From: Octopus vulgaris
Lineage: Eukaryota
Direction: 5' to 3'
DNA length: 64,000 nucleotides
Assembly (NCBI GenBank): GCA_951406725.2
Contig: OX597825.1
Span: forward strand, 40,362,001-40,426,000
In this document: in pieces, positions 28,701-40,427 of the stretch
Numbering within the stretch: position 1 is the stretch's first letter
Layout: the number at the start of each line of letters is the position of its first letter
Translations under genes and position numbers: made by a program
The notes under the pieces: generated by a model
Databases searched by the model: none
What the model saw: only the letters and a program-made list of their open reading frames with translations
Told to the model about the DNA's origin: nothing

Positions 28701-29928
28701 TGAAATTCTCCTGCGTGTCGAGTCATTGATAAGGTGTAAACGTCGCCTTCATAACGCAGAAAGATATTATTTTTCAAAGATCCCAAATATTCTTTAATAC
28801 GATGCCAATTGTGTGTACATATAAAGTAGAATGGATTCCAAGCGAGGTTATAGATTATAAAATATGCACAAGAATCAAGCAGGGAGAAAGAACATACAAA
28901 TACAAACTCGTTTTCGCAATGCGTAGTTTTTAACATTTCGGCCATATTTACAGTTTATTTGATACTCGAACATTTAATTTTAATATTTAATATTATTTAT
29001 TGGAAAACTTCCGGCCAGTTATTACCATTTACATCATTTGAACTTTAACGAGAAATACTTTTTTACATTATTTTTTCAGAATAAATATAGAAATATGACT
29101 GGCGTATTTTATTGTTTTCGTTATTAAACAAATTATATATTAATAACCAAGTTAATTGACGAAGCAGAAGTGCTATAAAAAGCTCTGCTAGTGTTTCAAC
29201 CCACTTCATTATTAAAGAGTTATAACTCCTCAAAATTGTTAAACTGATTTATGATGAGTGAAAACAGCATCAAATACATTAATTATTACGGTCTTTATTA
29301 TTAATAGCACTATAGTTATTTAATTGAAATTGAATGTCTTAAGCGGTTAGCTCCTCAATATATTGATTACTTTATACCAATTTCCCATGTGACATAATTA
29401 TTGATTTCAATGTCAAAATTAACCGATAAATATACAAACAACTTTATAATCGACTTCTGTATGAAAGGTGGTGTGTTGACAGGAACACAGTATAATTGTT
29501 AGTATGCAATGCAATATATTTTTTCTTGCCATGTAAGAGTATGTTCTATACTTTCAGATCTCCAATCAAACTTTGTCGTATACTGAGAGTCATATGTGAT
29601 TATTAAAGCTATAATTAAGAAAGGATGAGTAATCCTGGTGGCATATGGAATTTATATAACTTGTAATTTCAAAACTATTTTGACATATGTTAAATTTAGT
29701 GTTGTTATACTACTTCCTCATTGGCTCAAGAATAAATATAAAATCCATAATATTAATAATGACAGTAATATATAGAAGAATAGAATGGCTCGATCCAAGA
29801 GTCGAGTATATATCGTTAATTCACTCATCTAAACGAACTTATATTCATTTAGAATTATACTAAATAAAATAGTTCTATAATTCAGAATTCCCTAAGTATA
29901 TTGCATTTCCATTCGCTGTTTAAATAAT

Positions 29929-30429
<501 letters not shown>

Positions 30430-30601
30430 GCGATATATGTTGTGCAAGATTTTTTATGTGAAGTCGTGTGTTGAAACATATATTGTTATATCTCGGAATG
30501 GTCATTTTGCCAGTTTAGCCAATAAAAACACACGCACTATATATTTGGTGTTATTTTGCTTCAGTGTTATTTATTTTTTATATTAATATCAATCTTATTT
30601 C

Positions 30602-30646
30602 GGCCAGAGTTCTTTCGTCACACTCCTGTGACCGCATCAGTGGTCC
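30602..30646 (-). ncRNA. Degenerate minimal type-I hammerhead ribozyme motif (likely Penelope pLTR)
   Basis: Reverse complement: GGACCA-CUGAUGC-G-GUCAC(AGGAGU)GUGAC-GAAA-GAAC-UC-UGGCC. Stems I and II pair; core deviates at A9C. Confidence 0.5.
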
Positions 30647-31049
30647 TTTGTTTTCTTCTTTCTTATTTATGTCTCTCCTTACTAACCGTCAGCCATTTTG
30701 TATTTCTATTGTATGTCTTCATTTGCGCATATCTCTATGTGCGTCTATGTTTATTTAGTGTGTGTGTGTGGGGGATGCCTGTAATATTTGTATCTTCTGT
30801 TTATATACATTCATGTAATTTGTTTTTGTTGTTGCTGTTTTTGTTTATTCTCATTTTGTTCATGTGTTTACATACACTTATTAATATCATTACTTATGCT
30901 TGTATGTATGTATGTATAACAACAATACCAGTAATAATAATAATAAATTTTAAAAATTTAAAAATTTAAAAAAAAAAACATATATAGTTATTTCTGTTTG
31001 CCTATTTACCTGTGTATTTATTATGTTTTCGGGATCCTCTACCGTCATA

Positions 31050-31745
31050 TGTTGTGGTGTGTGCTAGTGTTCCATTCTAGTTTCCTATTCAGGCTAGGTT
31101 TATTTTCTATTATGTGTGTGTAGCTTCTGTAATTTGTCTGATTGTTTCATCTGTTCTATGTGTGGACAATATTTTAATTTCTATGTTGTTAATTGATTCC
31201 CCGTGTACAGAATCGATGAGCTTTTACCTTCCTTGAGTTCTCTCCAATGTACATTTACCCGCTCTCCTATGCTTCTTGCCGTTTCCCCTACGTATGTCAT
31301 TGTCTTGTTACTGCATCGTCCCTCTATACATCTTATACTATAGACTATATTTCTGGCTTTACAGTTTGTTTGTGGGCTAAATCTACATACAGTACAGTAC
31401 TTATTCGTACACGGGGTTCTACTAAAAGGATAGGTTCTACCAATTATATATTTGCCTGGCTTTTCAACAACCTTAATCCTTAGCTTAAGTTTGTCTAGGG
31501 TCCTTCTAAAGCGGTACACCAGTTCACCTCCAGGGGTGGTGTCAACGAACATGACACTCTGGTATTTATGACTATCAAACCAAGAGTTGGCCTTCCCTAT
31601 TTTCTTTTTTTGTCCTTTCTATAGTGTTCCATGACTTGTTCCTATAGAGTGGGCAAATCCCATTCCTATTATTACATAATATATTATCAAATTTCTTCAT
31701 GGCTCCTTTGCATACTCTGATCCTTTCTTTATGGCTGTAACAACA
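31050..31745 (-). mobile_element. Penelope-like element 3' part: GIY-YIG endonuclease and linker
   Basis: ORF 31181..31552 has C..C...NCKARNIVYSIRC...YVGETARSIGER...H. Upstream is CPLYRNK; downstream are RQITEA and KPSLNRKLEW. Confidence 0.88.
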
Positions 31746-31769
31746 CTTGTGACCTGACAGGATGTATGG

Positions 31770-32095
31770 TGGGTAGCATGGATGTGGTATCCCTAGTTTT
31801 AGTCGAACGAATCGTCTTCAGTACTTGTTTTTTTGTAAAGCCTGGTAGAATTCTATCGGTGTGTTTTACTGAACCGTTAATTTACATGGACGTAAACACA
31901 TCACCAGTTGTCAAGCGGTGGTGCGAGACAAACAAATACAGATACACACACACTGACATGGAGATATGTATACGATATGCTTCGTTGAGTTTCCGTTTAG
32001 CAAATCCATTCTCAAGGCTTTCGTCGGCCAAGGGCTATAATACAAGGCACTTGCTGAATGTGTCACGCAGTGGGAATGCACCCGGTACCACGTGG

Positions 32096-32097
<2 letters not shown>
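31770..32097 (-). mobile_element. Diverged SINE family A copy interrupting the Penelope relic
   Basis: Colinear with 874-1274 (ttttagtcga...ttctatcgg...gacgtaaacaca...gttgtcaagc...cacttgc...gcagtggga). Confidence 0.75.
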
Positions 32098-32131
<34 letters not shown>

Positions 32132-33224
32132 GGGGGGGTTTGTTTGTCGAGTTATATATATATATATATATATATATGGAATTATATATACATGTAGCGG
32201 GATACCTACACATTTTGCTCAGTTTGTAAGTTTGTATCTTAATTCTGAACGACTTGTTTCTTTTTTCACTTTTCTTTTTCTAGTTCCTCCTCTCCCACAT
32301 TTCTTGGCATTCTTTTTCTTTAATCTCTCTCTTTCCTCTGTTATCTCCCCTGTACTAATTCTTCAATCTCTCTACCACCTACCTCTCTCTGTTCGTCCCA
32401 CGTGCTCGGTGTTCGGCTAAGCATGATCTTTCTTTCTTGGTTTGACTGCTACCCGCACAACACCTTATTTTCCTGTTTCATGATTTTCATCTATGTTTTT
32501 GCATTAAGGTATCCACTTTACACGCCAGCTTAATTTAACTTGTCCTTATTAGTCGAAAGACGCCTGTAGTTCTTGTTGTTTGTATTTGTAATCGTGTAAC
32601 ATTTTCTCCATTTTCTCGTTATATTTTTCTGTAGTGTTGCACATATTCGCTTGCATTTCTCCCAAAATATAATGCCCGTAGCTTAGATTTTTGGGACCTA
32701 CCAATTTTGAAGAGTCTGAAGAGTAATAAGCTGAAACTGTAATGATGATTGAAGTTTGACGGATGAAGGAAAGCCCCGAATGTTCCATCCTGGATTTTCC
32801 TGTACATCTCCGTATCGTCTATCTGTCCGAATGCTTCTATTGTCGTCCGTTACATTCTTATTCCGTTCATATATATATATGTGTGTGTATGTGTGTGCGT
32901 CAGTGTGCCTGTGTGTGTAAGTGTGTGTACATGTGTGTGCATGTGTGTTTTGTGTTTCTATGTCTGTCCCCCAACATCGCTTGACAACCGACGCTGGTGT
33001 GTTTATGTTCGCGTAACTTAGGGGTTCGGCAAATTGAACGATAGAATAAGCACTAGGCTTACAAAGAATAAGTTCTGGGGCCGATTCGCTCGGAAATTAA
33101 TTAGTGTGACAACCAATAAGAGTACTCCATCTAATAAGAGTAATATAACTATAAATACTTCATACTACATGTATTATATGCGCTACTAACAGCTTCACTT
33201 ACATAAGTATGTTCATGAAGCATT

Positions 33225-33258
<34 letters not shown>

Positions 33259-33282
33259 TATATATATATATATTTATATCAG

Positions 33283-33600
33283 AGACCCCCTTCTGTCACG
33301 AATTACCATGGGATTGCAGCTGGAAAGTTACCCTCCGAGGCACAAGTCCTTGCAAGGTTGTTTATGGAAAGCCAACAGTCGCCTCTGCATAACAGCTCCC
33401 TCTCTTCACGCTCCTGATTTTATCCAAATGAAAGGCAAAGGCCGATACAGCTTTGCACCAGTGGCGTCGCAACACATTTCTACAGGTGAGTGTTCTGGAG
33501 CAACGTGAAATAAAGTGACTTGCTAAAGAAATCAACACGCAGCCTGGTGCAGGATTCGAACTCACACCTTCACAGTTCGACTCTCTAACCACTGAGCCAT
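33283..33600 (-). mobile_element. tRNA-derived SINE family B
   Basis: Colinear with 9800-10130. Reverse-complement head TGGCTCAGTGGTTAGAG...GAGTTCGAATCC gives A and B boxes. Confidence 0.82.
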
Positions 33601-36600
33601 CATATATATCATTTGCAGTGGGGCTATAACATCTTTCTTTTGTATACTTTTTCTACTGAAGTCTAACTTTAACAAGTCACTTGGTATAAAAATGACAAAT
33701 GGGAGCTAAAAATAATTATTTGGTACAATGGCTATATAGAATTACTTGAAAGATGGAACTATACATGCAGAATGATGGCGAATCAATAGAAGTGAGCTTA
33801 AGGTCATATAATACTGATACGAAATTAAAAATAAGTTGTGCCACCTCCAAAATATGCCGTTGTGTTTTTATCATTATTGAACATGTTGATTTAAACAATG
33901 AATGTTAAAATAGTTATGAAGAAGCATTTATACCGGGGAATCCTGTTATACAGAAAAATATTTTCTACGACAATTGACGTGTACTGTAATGCATAAAAAC
34001 TGCTAACCCTCCTTCCCATTGTTTCTATGCATACTTCACTCTTCATTTTCTTTGTAATGGTGAGTTCATGACGTTCAATTTCAACTTCGAAAATAAGAGG
34101 ATATTTTCATAAGTTAATTTAGTCTTCTTCGTACCAGTATTTCGTTTATATGACGAAAATTACATTATGAAACGTAATGTAGGAAATAATAATTTCTTGT
34201 TCCTGATGAAAACGTTTAAGTTTCTTTCGAATGTCATGCGGAATTTTGATATAAATGAAATTAGAATAATTTACATGTCTTTGTGTATGTATCAATATCG
34301 TAGTGGATTCGTCTGTGATTATTTTACTATTCATTCAACTGAATTTCTTTATCTGTTGTATTACACTATGTCAATATATTGATAATTCAAAAATAAAGGA
34401 AAACAATAATAGTAACAGCCTGCTTTTTGTAATTACACTAACAAAAATTAATTCTACTATAAACACAAACCAGAAATTTTGGTGGCGCGGGGTCAAGTCA
34501 ATTACATCAACTTTTGTACCTTTCTGGTTCTTATTTTATCTGTCTAGAAAGCATGGATGGTAAAGATAATCTCCGCAGAATTTGAACCCAGTAAGTAGAG
34601 TGCCGGATAAAGTGCCACTAAACAGTTTACCCGACTGCTTACTATTTCTACCAGATTACTACCAATAACAATGATAATAATAATAAACGTGCATTATTTG
34701 TTACAAGGAGCTTTAAAACGCATTTAGCTAAACACACTGACAAGAAAGAGCGTGGATAAACACAAGCAAACAATAAACGATAATAATTTTAAAAACCGGA
34801 ATTATAAAAACAGTTCCCTTTTAGACGGTAAGCATGAATCAGTGGTGAATAACGAACACCACAAATTATTACTAACTCTACTTATAAGAAGAATAAAGGG
34901 AAGTGTTCCGTACTTTTTCAGCCTACTATCAACAGCTTTCACCACCACAATACATTGAAGCTATTCTCACAATTTACACACGCCATTTTGCGAATTTACT
35001 GGGAGCAAAACCCCGTTCTTCACCCTCACTTTTCCTTTCAAGTAGGACCTGAAAATTCGGCGAACGTTTAGCAAAAGCCACCAAACAAAAGAAAACTGCG
35101 TACTTTCCCAGAACAGGAAGTCAGCGGGCCACATATCATGATAGAGACAGTTGATAGTCAGATCCGTCCTCCTGCCCCTGATAGCAGCTATCCAACATTT
35201 CTTCGGTAGTCAGCTAAGTTGGAGCACTGTACAAATGTGTTTATGACGGATTCGCCGACCAGCACGAGTATTAGTGTGGTGCTTTTGACAGCATTGTATA
35301 TTGTAGCGATCCATCTGCTGAGAAGTCGGGAACCAGTTATCTGCAGGTCAGCCGGAACGTATTGGTGGTAGACCCTCCCAGAAGTTTTCAACTGATGTAA
35401 ATTAATGTGGTGGGGCGCATCCATATCTGATATTTTATCCACTCTTTATAGGATATTCCGTATGAGATGAAGGTTCTCATTGAAAGAGCAATTTGGTTTG
35501 AGGCATATCTCTGACTTATCTACTAGAGCATCGACTACAAGCACCAAAATCTTAGTTAACAACTTGGCCCAAAATTCTGCCTTCCATTTAGCACAGTTAT
35601 AGGCCTGAATTTGCTAAACAATTATCTTTCTTGTAAGGGTTTTAAACTCGTTTGAAGAACTAGATATTCTCGCGTTTTGCTGTCAAGTGTTGTATATATG
35701 TGCCAAGAGGTCCCTGGACAAGGTTCGCATATACAGAACTCAAACAATTTAGATCTGAAAAGTAATTGATAAATTTCAAACCGCGTTTCCAATACACCAA
35801 TTGCTCCAAGTGCTTCAGTTAAATGGCAATTATAAATCAAATAACAGAGTCCCTTCTCGAACCATCTTAGAATGAACTGTGAGTTGGTACCACATTACGC
35901 CTCTAGCACTCGTGTCCATGCAATGGCTTTAATTCCCTAAGCCTTAGTGTACGCTCTCTAGCAGTAACAGCCAAAACCTGTTGCTCAGCGTCAAGGTATT
36001 TTGATTAAGGTCGACTCTCCGTATTAGGCTCTCAGTCGCAATGCTTTTCCTAAATGGATCTTCTACGCCGCTAACAAGTTATATGCCAAAATTTCGCTAC
36101 TAAAGCTTATCGACTCTAAGCAAGTGGCCCCTTTAGAGCTAATCAATAGCGGTTGTTGTCCTATGTACCTTTTATCTCCCTTTAAACTATTTCCTTAACG
36201 AATCACTGTAACTAGATCTCTGGCTATGAAACCAATCTAAGACGACCATAGAGATCATAAATCTCGAGTTAGTATAGTCAAGGACATGGAATCATTCACA
36301 ATTGTTTTATAATTCTCTGTTACCTTATACAACGTTATATGTAGATATAGTTTGTATCATACGGTTCTGTTAGCTAATTTCGAATATTCATTCGATATCT
36401 ATCAGCCAATTGGAAAAGTCTGAACAATTATGATATGCTTCCTCGCACCCCTCTCGTATCCACTAGACCTAAACAATCAAAAGGTGCATCCAAGAGAACG
36501 TCTCCAAAGATATCTAACACTAACGAGTGGGAATTTCCCAGGAACACCTCCAGACGTTTGAAAAATTTCCGCTGTTCCGGTGGCTAAGTTAAATACATCA

Positions 36601-37199
36601 ACGTTGCTGTTGTTTGGGTCTAGCAACCCCAAATTGCTACGTGATTCAAGGAAAATCGACTGTGTCTCAAATCCCAGGTTTCTCTGAAACAACCATCAAT
36701 CAGAGACAAGAGGCAGCTTTCAAAGCTCCCTTTCCATTTGTTATGGATTACTTTTAAGCAAGAGGCTAGCAAAATTTCCCGAACCTTCATTCCACGACAA
36801 TTTTCTATAGAAACGTATTACATAATCTTGGGCAAGACTCAACTTTCTAAGCTAGAGAATTATTAGAATTATATTTACTACATTACTCTGATAATTCAAA
36901 AGCACTATACATACATGCATAGATACATACCTAAACATGGGCACACACAAGCACACACACATACTTATATAATGACTCGGAAGGGTCATTATCTATTTCA
37001 ACGCAGCACCGAGTCCGAGCTCTCGCAAACAAAAGCAGTCGAAATACTTCAGGTATATACCTATATATCTATATCCACATGTCTAAATCTATATGCCTAT
37101 ATCAACATGTCAATGTCTACATGTCTATGTCTACATGTCTATGTCACTGTCCTTCCTTCTGCCTGTTCATCTCTCTCCATATCGTTCGCTCCATATCCA

Positions 37200-37251
<52 letters not shown>

Positions 37252-37332
37252 ATATTAGGGAGTATAACTCCAAACTTACAGGAAACAATTCAATTAAGTA
37301 TTAAATCGAATTTCACATTATAAATATATAAT

Positions 37333-37610
37333 ATATAAATTAGAGATAAAACCACTATTATGCATTCAAACAATCATAGACTTAAACCAAAACATAAATA
37401 ACAACTAAAAAATATTTTTATAAAACATGTAACTAGATCACAAAAATTATGAAAATGAATAATCAATATATAACATATTAAATATTGATTATTCAGTTTC
37501 CTGATCTAGTCGTATGTTTTATAATAATATTTGTTATTTGTTATTTATGTTTTGGTTTATGTCTACCATACTTTATATTGTATAATACTGATTTTATCTC
37601 TAATTTATAT
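37333..37610. repeat. Imperfect ~280 bp palindrome (fold-back) next to (TA)n
   Basis: ataaattagagataaaa / ttttatctctaatttat; aaaccaaaacataaataacaa / ttgttatttatgttttggttt; tgaataatcaatat / atattgattattca. Confidence 0.8.
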
Positions 37611-37659
<49 letters not shown>

Positions 37660-37681
37660 TGTATACTTACACACACACGCG

Positions 37682-37715
<34 letters not shown>

Positions 37716-37734
37716 CATATATATATATTTACAA

Positions 37735-37766
<32 letters not shown>

Positions 37767-37768
<2 letters not shown>

Positions 37769-37928
37769 TGAGAAAAACAGTCGTCAGAATTTTGGTAAAT
37801 ATCCATTTCTTCATTATTATTAATGCTCGCGCGCGTTTCTAATACTCCTAGAAAAGAACGAAAGCGCTATTAATATTGAATATTTTAAAATGATTTTTTC
37901 CAGAATTCTGACAACTGTTTTTCTCAAT
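37767..37928. repeat. Imperfect ~160 bp hairpin element after (TA)n
   Basis: attgagaaaaacagtcgtcagaatt / aattctgacaactgtttttctcaat. Confidence 0.8.
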
Positions 37929-38003
37929 ATTCAATTTCTGCACATCACACCGAACACCCTTTCTCTCTTTCCCCTTCATTCTCTCTCCCTCTCTCCCACC
38001 TCA

Positions 38004-38094
<91 letters not shown>

Positions 38095-38096
<2 letters not shown>

Positions 38097-38511
38097 CAAA
38101 ATATATTTAGTGGAAATTAGCGAAATATGGCATATTCTTTTCGAGATCACATTCAGATTGGTTGATCTTCAGAAGTAATAGAACACACCATCTCCAACAC
38201 CAATAATCTCCCTAAAACAATGGAATCTCCACAAATATAATGTGGTGCTTTCAAACAATCATTTCTATTAATCCTCGAATCGAAAACTAGTACTCCTTTG
38301 AATATTAGCTTCCCATACCTTGAAGCGCTCGAATATTTTCTTCTCCAACCGAATTTGACATAGTTCAATCATTGTTAGAAATTCACAGTCTGTCATGCTT
38401 ATGAGCTATTCCACTTCATCTCTGGATATTTTAGAATATATTTGTACTCTACTATTACGTTCATTTAAATGGATAGAGAGTAATTGGTTTCAGAGAAAAG
38501 AAATATGTTGT

Positions 38512-38514
<3 letters not shown>
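38095..38514. repeat. Left arm of 420-bp inverted duplication (partner 40008-40427)
   Basis: Near-identical reverse complement. Mirrored ORFs 38153..38368(-) and 40154..40369(+) differ at only 6 of 71 residues. Confidence 0.95.
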
Positions 38515-38570
<56 letters not shown>

Positions 38571-38613
38571 ACATATATATATATATATATATATATGTTG
38601 TATATATATATGT

Positions 38614-38702
<89 letters not shown>

Positions 38703-39071
38703 AGTTTTAAATTAATTATAAAAGGGTAAAATTTATCGATTAAATTAATTAATTAATTAATCAATCAATTAATTAATACTTTTACCAAGTAGATCGGTAT
38801 GTTAAATTAATATTTATAGGTAAAATTATACAAATATTTTATAATTATAACCATAATTATAATTAGGGTTCAGATAATTTCTTCCCAAGGGCGGTGCCCC
38901 AGCATGGCCTCAGCCGGATGGCTGAAACAAGTAAAAGAGTAAAAGAGTATACCGAATTTAGAAATAGGAGTTAAAAAATCCTTTTCTACTACTGTAAGAA
39001 TCTCCATGACAGTAACATAATTTTTACGTAGGCAAAGAGAATAATAATGAATCAACACGACCACGATTAAT

Positions 39072-39126
39072 TACATACGCGTTTCGAGATTATAGTGTCA
39101 CAAAATTTACTTCTCTCTTCCGTGTA
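39072..39126 (-). ncRNA. Minimal type-I hammerhead ribozyme motif, one core deviation (U4G)
   Basis: Reverse complement: UACA-CGGAAGA-GAGA(22 nt)UCUC-GAAA-CGCG-UA-UGUA. Stems I and II are perfect and stem III is palindromic. Confidence 0.6.
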
Positions 39127-39225
39127 GGATTTCCAATTAGAAAATTCGAAAGTGTTAAGATTAAATGTGCACCCGAACAAGCGACATCAAGCTACAGATA
39201 TCCAACCAACACTTCCAAAATTATA

Positions 39226-39290
<65 letters not shown>

Positions 39291-39303
39291 ATATATACAT
39301 ATT

Positions 39304-39398
<95 letters not shown>

Positions 39399-39760
39399 TT
39401 TTATTCTTTTACCTGTTTCAGTCATTTAATTCTGGCCATGATATAGAACATCGTTAAAGGGTATTTTAGTCGCAGAAATCGACCCCCACATTCATTCTTT
39501 GTAAGTCTAGTGCTAATCCTAACGGTCACATTTCCCAAACCACTAAGTTACGAGGAGTTCAACACACTAACATCCGGGGAGTGCAAAAGTATACACGAAA
39601 ACACACACAAATATATGCATATATGTACAATGCGTTTGTGTCAGTTTCTCTCTACCACACCCACTCACTGGGTTTTGGTTATATATATATATGTTGATTC
39701 GCTAGCTTCTGCACGCGTTTTTGTCTCTCCTTGTTTCTCTCCGTGTTTCTTTTCTGTGTA

Positions 39761-39798
39761 TCTTTCTGTTGAAGAGCGTAGGCTCGAAGCGTAAAAGA
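39761..39798 (+). ncRNA. Degenerate minimal type-I hammerhead motif in a ~200 bp TA-flanked repeat
   Basis: UCUUU-CUGUUGA-A-GAGC(GUAG)GCUC-GAAG-CG-UA-AAAGA. Stems I and II are perfect; two core substitutions. Confidence 0.5.
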
Positions 39799-39894
39799 CT
39801 TGTTTTATTTATATTCCCGAGCGCCATACTTATACAATTGTTTGTTTTGTACTCCACCTGCCATCGTCTTTTGTTTATTTTCATAATGCTTCCC

Positions 39895-39992
<98 letters not shown>

Positions 39993-40007
39993 AAAGCGTA
40001 GTATTAA

Positions 40008-40427
40008 TGTACAACATATTTCTTTTCTCTGAAACCAATTACTCTCTATCCATTTAAATGAACGTAATAGTAGAGTACAAATATATTCTAAAATATCCAG
40101 AGATGAAGTGGAATAGCTCATAAGAATGACAGACTGTGAAATTCTAACAATGATTGAACTATGTCAAATTCGGTTGGAGAAGAAAATATTCGAGCGCTTC
40201 AAGGTATGGAATTCTAATATTGAAAAGAGTACTAGTTTTCGATTCGAGGATTAATAGAAATGATTGTTTGAAAGCACCACATTATATTTGTGGAGATTCC
40301 GTTGTCTTAGGGAGATTATTGGTGTTGAAGATGGTGTGTTCTATTATTTCTGAAGATCAACCAATCTGAATGTGATCTCGAAAAGAATATGCCATATTTC
40401 GCTAATTTCCACTAAATATATTTTGAT
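40008..40427. repeat. Right arm of 420-bp inverted duplication (partner 38095-38514)
   Basis: See left arm. This copy continues into non-repeat sequence. Confidence 0.95.

Noticed and set aside
32715-32750. CUGAAGA...GAAA motif on the plus strand
   Set aside because: No convincing stem I or II pairing, so it is not called a hammerhead.
38153-40369. Apparently conserved 71-aa ORF present twice ([11 protein letters not shown]...)
   Set aside because: Explained by the recent inverted duplication. The differences include several amino-acid changes and no domain is recognisable.
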